From Octopus sinensis (Eukaryota): DNA of 21,303 bases. Below the pieces are notes generated by a model. The model saw only the letters and a program-made list of their open reading frames with translations, searched no databases and was not told the DNA's origin. The position numbers and the translations under genes are program-made. Numbering within the stretch: position 1 is the first letter of the stretch; each line of letters starts with the position of its first letter. The stretch spans positions 1 to 21,303 of the forward strand of contig NW_021823853.1 in the NCBI RefSeq assembly GCF_006345805.1, read 5' to 3'. Below, piece by piece: positions 12,290 through 21,303 of this stretch.

Positions 12290-13325
12290 ATTATGTCAGA
12301 TCAGCTTACTACAACCCACACAGTCACACTCACCGTATTCCAATTACACTACAACCACCAACACTCCATCCACCACAAACACACTACAACCACAACAACC
12401 ACTTCTACTATACCAATACTATAATACAGCAATGCAACTACACTAAAGTCTACAGCAAACTACTACCACCACCTTCACTACCACCACCAGCATACTACAA
12501 TTCTATGCCCCACCTCCACTATATCGTCTTACTGCACTACCACAATCAGACCACACCTGCGCACTACCGCCAACACTACCAGTACTACTGTATACGAGAA
12601 CTACATCACAGTCAACACACCACCACTTCTTCACACCCACCACAACTACAGTTACACCGGACCAGCAAACTATAACCACCACACCATCAATTCCACCACT
12701 ACTTACATTATGCCAATACTACATGTCACTGCTATCACATTACTTGCCAACCACAAGAGCAAACCACCAACACCACTACTACTACCACTCAAACTATACA
12801 CTTATATCACTACTACCCCTGCACTACCACCATCGCCACAGAACAGCCGCCATCACCACTACTACCACCACCATAACCACAACCACCAAAATCACCACCA
12901 CCACTACCACCATCACCACCATTACCACCACTATCACCACCACTACCACCATCACAACTACCACCACCACCATTATCCTCACCACCGCCATAACCACTAC
13001 CACCAACACCAACACCACTACCATCGCCACTACCAACCCTCAAACTATACAATTATATCACAACCACCACTACACTACCACCAGTGCCACAGAACAGCTG
13101 CCATCACCACTACTACTGCCACTATAACCACAACCACAATTCCCTCTACCACTACTACCACCACCATTACCACCACTACCACCATCACAACTACCACCAC
13201 CACCATTACCACCATTATCCCCACCACTACCACCATCATCACTACCAACACCACCACCACCACTACCATCGCCACCACCACCGCCACCACTACCACCACC
13301 CTACTACCACCACTACCACCACCAC
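12290..13325. repeat. (CAC/ACT/ACA)n low-complexity tract with a 251-bp-period internal duplication
   Basis: CTCAAACTATAC at 12788 and 13039; GCCACAGAACAGC at 12835 and 13086. Confidence 0.85.
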
Positions 13326-13719
13326 CTTAAGTACAGAAGAACCAAGAACCAGTTCTGAATATTGAGGTAAAAAAAAAACCACCACACATCCTAAGGTTGA
13401 AATATAATTAATTACAGCAAGGAATGGTTAATTGCCAAGACTAAGGAAATCTTTGACGAAGCGAAAGGACTTCTATAAGATAAGTCGGAAACAAACACAG
13501 CGTGGGTTCGACTTCTCTAAGCGGCAATATTTCTCAAAGGACTCCGGCTTTTTTCTTTTTCACTTTTTTTTATATTTTACTTTATTTCTGTGTTTTAGCT
13601 TTAGTTTTATTTATTTTTCATATAATTTTATTTTCTATGTATTTATTTATTTTTTGTTAGTTTTTCGTTTTACTCATATTTCAATATTTCTATTAATCGA
13701 AATAACTTTGTTTTGCTTC

Positions 13720-14095
13720 TTGTAATTGCTGTTGTTGTTGTTATTGTTGTTGTTATTCTTGTTCTTCTTGTCGATATCGTCATAGTGTGTTGTTTTTTTT
13801 ATCATTATGATATAATCAACCAAAGAAAGCATTACTACCATCATCATCACCATCACCGTCGTCATCGTCGTCATCATCATAATCATCATCATCATCATCA
13901 TCATCGTCAACATCACCATCATTGGCTTCGTCATCATCATCGCCATCATCATCAATGTCGTCGTCGTCGTCGCCATCATCATCATCATCATCGTCAGCAT
14001 TATCATCGTCTTCGTCATCATTATCGCCATTATTATTCATCACCATCATCATCATCATCATGCTCATCATCATCATTGCCATCATCATCATAATG
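13720..14095. repeat. (GTT)n and (CAT/CGT)n microsatellites
   Basis: Directly visible. Confidence 0.9.
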
Positions 14096-14515
14096 ATGGC
14101 AGAAGGTGCTGAGCGACATCTCTTCCGATTCTTTACGTTCTGAGATCAAATACACCGAAGTCAGCTTTGCCTTTCTTCCTTTCAGGGTCGATAACAGAAA
14201 ATACCAGTCAAGAGTAGGGTTCGATCAGATCGATCTCTCCCTCTCCCCATTCCCCCCAAAACTTCGAGCTTAAAGAAACTATTATGAAAATAAGGCGACG
14301 AGCTGGCGGGATTGTAACCGCGACGGACAAAATGCTTAGCGGCATTTAATCCGGATCTTTATTTTCTAAGTTCAAATTCAGCCGAGGTCGACTTTGCCGT
14401 TCATCCTTTTGGGGTTCAAAAAATAAAGTACTGCTGGAGCATGGGTGGGAGGGTCGATGTGATCGGCTTACCCCATTTCTAAAATTGCTGGGCTTGTGTC
14501 TCATATCAGAAGTAA
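14095..14515 (+). mobile_element. Two adjacent diverged SINE family B-related copies (about 14095-14285 and 14294-14515)
   Basis: Both carry GTTCTGAG/AAGTTCAAATT...CGA(A/G)GTC..CTTTGCC.TT..TCCTTT..GGG. The second has the head GGCGACGAGCTGGC. Confidence 0.75.
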
Positions 14516-14603
14516 TTGATATTGTTGTTGTTGTTGATGTTGATGTTATCAGTAGGGAGTCTGACAAAATGCTGAGCAGCGTTGGTGACGACGGTATTGG
14601 TGG

Positions 14604-14642
<39 letters not shown>

Positions 14643-14722
14643 CGATGACGATGACGACGACGATGACGATGGTGGTGGTGGTGGTGGTGGTGGTGGTGAT
14701 GATGATGATAATGATGGTGGTA

Positions 14723-14760
<38 letters not shown>

Positions 14761-15075
14761 AATGATAGTGATGATAATGATGGTGATGATGATGATAATG
14801 CTGATGACGACGATGGTGGTGGTGATGTTGATAATGATGATGAAGATGATAATGATGATGATGACGATGATGGTGACGCCGAAGATGAAGATGAGGAGGA
14901 GGAGGATGGCTGATGATGATGACGACAATGATGATCACGATAATGGTGATGATGATGACGACGACGACGACAATGGTGATGATGATGAAGATGATGATGA
15001 TGACGCTGATGGTGACGACGACGACGACGACGACGATGATGACGACGATGATGATGATGATGAGAATGATGATTA
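14515..15075. repeat. (GAT/GAC/GGT)n microsatellite tract
   Basis: Directly visible; source of the poly-D, poly-M and poly-H ORFs. Confidence 0.95.
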
Positions 15076-15384
15076 AATTAAACATGATTTTAAAGAAAAA
15101 CAATCATAAAAACACTGCAAACAAAAATGATTCACCGTCTTGTTTTCGTTTCTTTACTGGTTGTTTATATTGTTGTTATGATTGTTGTTATTGTTTTCGG
15201 CGGTGAGGAGGGGGAGGGAGTAAATTTTATCTTTCGTTTATTAATTTTATACTTTTTTATTATTTCTTTACTTTTTTCCCATTTTTTTTTTAAATTTTAT
15301 TTTTATATTTTGGCATTTCCTACTGTTTCGTTTCGCCATAGGAATTTGTTTAGTCATGACTTAATGATAAAAGATAGAATTATA

Positions 15385-15387
15385 TAA

Positions 15388-15458
<71 letters not shown>

Positions 15459-15465
15459 TTAATAA
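15385..15465. repeat. (AAT)n microsatellite
   Basis: Directly visible. Confidence 0.95.
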
Positions 15466-15826
15466 TGTTTGTAAAAATAATTTTGTTACAAAGAAAGACA
15501 GGCAAAAACATAAAAGATCTTTTTTAAAATCCATTCCATTAAATTGGTATATTTTGGTAATGCTGCTACACAATAGTAGTGGTGGGGGTGTGCGAATATA
15601 AATGAAGAGCAAATTAACATAATTTATACATTTTAGGTTCCAAAATGTAAACACAATGAATAGCTTTCATTCGTTGTCTATGTATGTGTGACTCCCCCAA
15701 ACCGATTGGGTCATGTTTCTTTTGCGTTTTCTCTTTTTCGTTTTTTTCTTTCCTCATTTATTACTTTTCTTATTTTAACTTATGCACATTGTCCCGAAAT
15801 CTTTCGTCGCACATCTGTGACCTCTT

Positions 15827-16238
15827 TACTCTTTACTCTTTCACTTGTTTTAGTCATTTGACTGCGGCCATGCTGCAGCACCGCCTTTAGTCGAGTAAAT
15901 CGATCCCGAGACTTATTCTTTTGTAAGCCCAGTACTTATTCTATCGGTCTCTTTTGCCGAACCGCTAAGTAACAGGGACGTAAACACACCAGCATCGGTT
16001 GTGTTGTCAAGCGATGTTGGGGAGGGGGCACAGACACATAAAGATATCCACACACATACATATATATACATATATACAACGGGCTTCTTTCAGTTTCCGT
16101 CTACCAAATCCACTCACAAGGCTTTGGTCGGCAGGAGGCTATAGTAGGAAACATTTGCCCAAGATGCCACGCAGTGGGACTGAACCCGGAACCATGTGGT
16201 TGGTAAGCAAGCTACTTACCGCACAGCCACTCCTGCAC
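15827..16238 (-). mobile_element. Full-length SINE family A with a 12-bp TSD
   Basis: TSD CTGTGACCTCTT at 15815-15826 and 16239-16250. The empty site is seen once at 16461-16472 in the sister unit. Confidence 0.95.
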
Positions 16239-16435
16239 CTGTGACCTCTTCAACAACACTTTCTGTCCTCGTGCGTGTTCCTGCTCCGTTTAGTCCATTC
16301 TGTTCTTCTATAGATCTCCGGACAATGGACATGAGTTAAATTTTTTCATTTTTCTTTTTCATATATACCACTTACATCCACAAATCTAGGCACCATCATC
16401 TGCAACAAAGGTGATATATCCTGACTCATGTACAT

Positions 16436-16480
16436 TGTCCGGAAATCTTTCGTCACACATCTGTGACCTCTTCAGCGACA
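16436..16480 (-). ncRNA. Type I hammerhead ribozyme motif HHR3
   Basis: Minus strand: UGUCG-CUGAAGA-G-GUCACA GAUG UGUGAC-GAAA-GAUUUC|CG(G)ACA. Perfect 6-bp stem II with one extra nt after the core. Stem III is AGAUUU; the inverted copy at 16312 shows the palindromic AGATCT state. Confidence 0.78.
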
Positions 16481-16718
16481 CTTTCTGTCCTCGTGCGTGT
16501 TCCTGCTCCGTTTAGTCCATTCTGTTCTTCTATAGAAGATTTCCGGACAATGGACATGAGTTAAATATTTTTTCATTTTTCTTTTTCATATATACCACTT
16601 ACATCCACCAATCTAGGCACCATCATCTGCAACAATATCCTGACTTATGACAACCATGGAGTTGACAAATCCGCGGCCGATCTTTCAGGAAATATTCTCT
16701 GCCTAGTCTTCTAATACC

Positions 16719-17191
16719 TATTTCTTTACTACCCACAAGGGGGCTAAACACAGAGAGGACAAACAAGGACAGACAAACGGATTAAGTCGATTATATCGAC
16801 CCCAGTGCGTAACTGGTACTTATTTAATCGACCCCGAAAGGACGAAAGGCAAAGTCGACCTCGGCGGAATCTGAACTCAGAACGTAACGGCAGACGAAAA
16901 CCTGCTAAGCATTTCGTCCGGTGTGCTAACGTTTCTGCCAGCCCGCCGCCTCTAACACCCATTTCTTTACTACCCACAAGGGGGCTAAACACAGAGAGGA
17001 CAAACAAGGATAGACAAACGGATCAAGTCGATTATATCGACACCAGTGCGCAACTGGTACTTATTTAATCGACCCCGAAAGGATGAAAGGCAAAGTCGAC
17101 CTCGACGGAATTTGAACTCAGAACGTAACGGCAGACGAAATACTGCTAAGCATTTCGTCCGGCATGCTAACGTTTCTGCCAGCTCACCGCC
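16719..17191 (-). mobile_element. Head-to-tail dimer of full-length SINE family B (241-bp period)
   Basis: TCTAATACC (16710), TCTAACACC (16951) and TCTAATACC (17192) bracket two complete copies. Confidence 0.95.
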
Positions 17192-17431
17192 TCTAATACC
17201 ATCGGCCTACACACAAAGATCCGGCTTTATGATAGCGTAGTTGTACCAAGTGCTTCTACGCCAGTGAGGCATGGAAGAGCACCATGAAACTCGAGAGGAA
17301 ACCGGGTGAGTTCACCAAAGGTGCTTGAAAAGGATTCTGGGAATGTACAGGCGAGACAACGTCACTGTTCTAAAGAAGGCCAACACAAGGCCATTTTGCA
17401 AAGTCCTCACAGAACGGAGATTAAACCAGTA

Positions 17432-17862
17432 GGCGCAGGAGTGGCTGTGTGGTAAGTAGCTTGCTAACCAACCACATGGTTCCGGGTTCAGTCCCACTGC
17501 GTGGCACCTTGGGCAAGTGTCTTCTGCTATAGCCCCGGGCCGACCAATGCCTTGTGAGTGGATTTGGTAGACGGAAACTGAAAGAAGCCTGTCGTATATA
17601 TGTATATATATATATATATGTGTGTGTGTGGTTGTGTGTGTGTGTGTGTGTGTTTGTGTGTCTGTGTTTGTCCCCCTAGCATTGCTTGACAACCGATGCT
17701 GGTGTGTTTACGTCCCCGTCACTTAGCGGTTCGGCAAAAGAGACCGATAGAATAAGTACTGGGCTTACAAAAGAATAAGTCCCGGGGTCGATTTGTTCGA
17801 CTAAAGGCGGTGCTCCAGCATGGCCGCAGTCAAATGACTGAAACAAGTAAGAGAGTAAAGAG
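17432..17862 (+). mobile_element. Full-length SINE family A
   Basis: GGCGCAGGAGTGGCTGTGTGG...GGTTCAGTCCC head, internal microsatellite and AAGAGAGT-type tail. Short TSD AGTAGG at 17428-17433 and 17863-17868. Confidence 0.93.
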
Positions 17863-18135
17863 AGTAGGTCACATACTGCAGCTGCTAAAGCGAGGCTATA
17901 GCAAAACAGCTTTCAAATGGGCATCGCTGAGAGAGAAATAGTAACGGAGCAAGACCTGACACTACACGGCGCAGAACATTCGTAACCGACAAGAGAGAGG
18001 CCAATATCTCATGACCGGATGTAGAAGAAACCGCATCCAACAGAAACCAATGGCATCAACTTGCTGCTCAATGCGTTCGAGAGAAGAGGATGAACTGAAA
18101 CTAAACTAATGGAGCTGTCTTCCTGTAAATATGGT

Positions 18136-18415
18136 ACGCTCCGTCGATTACGAAGGAAGAGCTTGCTTGTGAAATTAACGTACATGTGGCTGAGCACTCC
18201 ACAGACACGTGTACCCTTAATGTAGTTCTCAAGGAGATTCAGCGTGACATGACTGAGCCTTTGAATTACAACTACTACTCATTCTTACCAGCTGAGTTGA
18301 CTGGAGCAACGTGAAATAAAATGTCTTGCTGAAGGACACAACGCGTCACCGGGAATTGAACACACGACCTTACGATCATAAGTTGAATACCCTAACCACT
18401 TAACCACATGCCTTC
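18136..18415 (-). mobile_element. tRNA-derived SINE, third family (D)
   Basis: Minus head GAAGGCATGTGGTTAAGTGGTTAGGG...GTGTTCAATTCCCGG (A/B boxes), followed by GTGTCCTTCAGCAAGACATTTTATTTCACGTTGCTCCAG, a CORE-like central domain (family assignment from memory, unverified). Confidence 0.75.
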
Positions 18416-18828
18416 GTTCCTGCTAATATTACTAGAAAAATCCAACCTGGCCTGGCCCAATCCACCTTTTTTTCCTTCTTCTTCGGATTATAATTCCATT
18501 TGACAGGAATTGAATGCGGCACTGCAAAATAACGAAAACAATTTTGGTTAATATTTGTTAGCAGCAACATTCAATTCAAATCCCAACTGAAAGAGGGAAT
18601 ACACGTGAGGGTTTCTGTTGTCTTGGATACTTTATGTCTGGGGAAATGGTAATCGTCGGCTGAGGCGCAGCTGGAAAGCCTTTTGTTCATAAGGCTGTTT
18701 TGATCAAGACTGACCCGCAGATCAACAACAACAACAACAACACGACACTCGTCCCCAAATCTATGTGACATGAGCCAACGGTAAGGCTACTACGTAGAAC
18801 ACCAGCCAGCTAAAAGTAATTGTTAAAT

Positions 18829-19053
18829 CTCCCCAAAATAATATCGTCTTGAAAAATAATAGTTATATTTTACAATATACAACTGTGGAGAGATGGCTAA
18901 ACTGTGTGCCTTAAATACATTTGTATAGGCTCCAGATTGTTAATGTTTGCAAACTGTATTCTGACCAATGAGTGTGTGATTTTACTAAATTACTTAAGTC
19001 ATTTTATTAAATTCTTTATTAATAACTCCCCAAAATAATATCGTCTTGAAAAA
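18829..19053. repeat. 163-bp inverted copy of 20461-20623 enclosed by a 28-bp direct repeat
   Basis: CTCCCCAAAATAATATCGTCTTGAAAAA at 18829-18856 and 19026-19053. The reverse complement of 18861-19023 matches 20461-20623 at 157/163. Confidence 0.92.
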
Positions 19054-19099
19054 AAAAAGAAAAACATTCTAATATAAAAAAGTGTGTGGATGGATGGAT

Positions 19100-19300
19100 G
19101 AGTTCTCTTCTATTTTTTAATTATTTGAAATTTTCCTGTAAGGAAGGAGCTTGTTTTCTAACAAAGACACAAAGTTCCATTATTGAAATGTGGATAACAA
19201 AAGCAATCTCACATTTTCAACTTGAGAAAAGTCTTGCATATTTTTACTGTTCTTCTTACAGATTTTTATTTCGAATGTACATGTCAGCTGGTTGATCTAT
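19100..19300 (-). mobile_element. 3' end of an RLE-type LINE (same family as 185-507)
   Basis: Minus strand ...RTVKICKTFLKLKM*. AAAAGTCTTGCATATTTTTACTGTTC nearly matches AAAAGTCTTGCACATTTTTACTGTTC at about 289-314. Confidence 0.75.
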
Positions 19301-19953
19301 GTTTTTTTTTTCTTTCACGTATATCTTTTAGAAAATAAATGCTTAGTTTGTTTTCCTTTAACAAAATTATTTGGTTGGGGCTTTTTCGGTCAAGAATTCA
19401 AATAAATAAGAAACAGCAGCAGCTATTGGGTTTTCTATAACCAAATTCAAAATCAATGTAAGATATTCGGGAAAAGAAATTGAGTCTAAAAAAATAAAAC
19501 AAAAATATACAAAAAAATTTTTCTTCAAAGATTAGAAAAATAATCATCTTCAAAGGTTTCTTCTGAAGAAAAGTCAAACAGAAAATTAAAATAAATATAA
19601 AAATTATAAAGAAAATGTTTCCACCTTCAGGCAAAGAGTGCCGAAATTCGTCGTTACCCTTATCGTTTTCTTTACAAAAACAATAAAAACTAACTTTTCT
19701 CGATATTTAAATATAAATTTATTGCAAATAGAAAACAAAATTACTTTAGTAAAAAGGATGTACTTGTTTATTTTTGCACAAATCAAATCTTGGTTTAATA
19801 TTTGTTAATGATAGTCTTAAGGCAACGGCAATGTTTTTTGTTGTTTTTTTAAATTCCAGTCTCCACCGAAAATAATGATTTGCACAAATACGTTTTAAGA
19901 AATGGTGGGAGGGTTTCAATAGCTAATTTGGACAAAATTCAGCAGCAACACCA

Positions 19954-20312
19954 GTGGAGGCGCAATGGCCCAGTGGTTAGGGCAGCGGACTCGCGGCCGG
20001 AGGATCGCTGTTTCGATTCCAGACCGGGTGTTGTGTGTGTTTATTGAGCGAAAACACCTAAAAGTTCCACGAGTCTCCGGCAGGGGGTGGTGGCGACCCC
20101 TGTTGTACTCTTTTGCCCCAACTTTCTCTCACTGTTTTTTGTCTTCGACTTCCTACGCAATCGCTGAGTCTGGATGCGCATTCATCCATCCGTCGATGCT
20201 CTCGGTGTCGGGGGTTGACCTGCTTTCTCTTCTGCGGGTCTTACGAATAGCAAAGCACCACGTTTCGGACTTCTCCCACTACAGAGGCGCGATCTTGCGA
20301 GCTCAACAGCAA
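19954..20312 (+). mobile_element. Full-length tRNA-derived SINE, fourth family (C), with a 14-bp TSD
   Basis: A box TGGCCCAGTGG, B box GTTTCGATTCC and a CAA/CAG tail. TSD CAGCAGCAACACCA at 19940-19953 and 20313-20326. Confidence 0.88.
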
Positions 20313-20637
20313 CAGCAGCAACACCAAGTCCTAATGCATTTAAGGTTTTCTGAGAGGTTAATCACTCGAAAGTTCTATTACATATTCATCCTTTGTTGTT
20401 AACCATTTTGTTACCATATCTCTGTCGAAAAACACTGCTTTTATATCAATCAATTTTGAAATTAATAAAGAATTTAATAAAATGACTTAAGTAATTTAGT
20501 AAAATCACGCACTCATTGGTCAGAATACAGTTTGCAAACATTAACATTCTGGAGCCTAAACAAATATATTTAAGGCACACAGTTTAGCCATCTCACCACA
20601 GTTGTAGATTGTAAAATATAACTGTCACCACTATTAC

Positions 20638-20684
20638 ATGAATCTGAAGATTGCATAGTTTAATGCATGAAAGTACTAGTTCAT
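20638..20684 (+). ncRNA. Type I hammerhead ribozyme motif HHR4
   Basis: AUGAAU-CUGAAGA-U-UGCAU AGUUUA AUGCA-U-GAAA-GUAC-UA|GUUCAU. 6-bp stem I, 5-bp stem II under a U.U pair, palindromic stem III AGUACU, triplet CUA. Confidence 0.8.
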
Positions 20685-20782
20685 TCAGAATGGACATTTA
20701 AAATATTCTATCATTTCATTATATTGTATTATATTTATATATTATATTATATTATATTATATTATATTATATTTTATTATAT

Positions 20783-21014
20783 TAACGATTCTGCCAGCTC
20801 GCCGTCCGTCGCTCGGTCGAAATGGTTAGCGGTATTTCGTCTGCTGTTACGTTGTGAGTTCAAATTCCGCCGAGGTCGACTTTGCCTTTCATCCTTTCGG
20901 GGTCGATAAATTAAGTACCAGTTACACACTGGGGTCGATGTAACCGGCTTAAGCTTTTTGTCTGTCCTTGTTTGTCCCCTCTGTGTTTAGCTTCCTGTGG
21001 GAAATAAAGAAATA
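20783..21014 (+). mobile_element. SINE family B with an inverted 5' head, inside a (TATAT)n array
   Basis: 20783-20806 is the reverse complement of the family head, and the remainder is in sense orientation to ...GTGGGAAATAAAGAAATA. Confidence 0.85.
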
Positions 21015-21204
21015 TATATATTATATTATATTATATTATATTATATTATTATAAGATTGTAAATGAAACGTGAAAATCAAAGTGGGAAATTTTTTGAGTA
21101 ATATATTCTTCTATACACAATCATACACACTCGCGTATATATGTGTGTGTGTGTGGTGTGTGTGTGTGTACATATATATATATTTACATATATACATTTG
21201 CATG

Positions 21205-21259
<55 letters not shown>

Positions 21260-21261
21260 TA

Positions 21262-21303
21262 CGTGGGGGTGCTGAAAACTTCCTGGCTTTGGATAAAGAA
21301 AAT
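21262..21303 (+). mobile_element. Probable left TIR of a mariner-type element running off the window edge
   Basis: TA followed by CGTGGGGGTGCTGAAAACTTCCTGGCTTT, resembling the C(G/A)(A/T)GGG...GAAAAGTTC mariner TIRs. The partner end is not visible. Confidence 0.5.

Larger units (their letters stand above)
15778..16649. repeat. About 220-bp tandem duplication (unit 1 interrupted by a SINE); each unit holds a hammerhead motif and an internal inverted repeat
   Basis: Unit borders are ACTTATG (15778), ACTCATG (16424) and ACTTATG (16643). 16239-16430 aligns with 16461-16649. Confidence 0.9.
16600..18109 (+). mobile_element. Decayed RTE-clade LINE 3' part, split by three SINE copies
   Basis: Pieces join as TNLGTIICN...KSAAIFQEIFSA*SSNT|IGLHTKIRLYDSVVVPS...FHQRCLKRILG...ERRL|GHILQL...RRTF...ASNRNQWHQLAAQC, ending in an (AACTA)n tail. 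Confidence 0.85.

Noticed and set aside
15778-17200. Regularly spaced repeats (about 220 and 241 bp) superficially like a CRISPR array
   Set aside because: The spacers are themselves duplicates (SINEs and tandem units), the context is eukaryotic, and there are no cas genes.
20350-20377. CUGA-GAG GUUAAUCA CUC-GAAA-GUUCUA, 300 nt upstream of HHR4
   Set aside because: The core lacks three nt (CUGANGA incomplete) and stem I does not pair. It also lies in the putative coding remnant. Revisit only if the family consensus restores the core.

Overview
AT-rich, microsatellite-dense animal DNA, almost certainly cephalopod (Octopus-like). This call rests on tRNA-derived SINEs resembling the octopus OK/OR families and on the very high simple-repeat load. 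There is no intact protein-coding gene, rRNA, functional tRNA or CRISPR array; nearly all ORF-track entries are microsatellite artefacts. Identifiable content: decayed 3' ends of RTE-clade LINEs (4) and RLE-type (R4/Dong-like) LINEs (3), an internally deleted mariner, a small Tc/pogo-type MITE, about 12 tRNA-derived SINE copies from at least 3-4 families, and several local duplications and inversions. The main hidden signal is RNA-level. Four sequence-unrelated type I hammerhead ribozyme motifs (CUGAnGA...GAAA...NUH, each with a palindromic stem III) lie at 9235-9309(-), 9690-9741(-), 16436-16480(-) and 20638-20684(+). A SINE-disrupted duplicate of the third is also present. They sit in short elements with Penelope-like (PLE) or retrozyme architecture: (TA)n or TA-rich insertion sites, inverted tails and tandem units. 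A few weak exon or microexon candidates are reported as hypotheses only.
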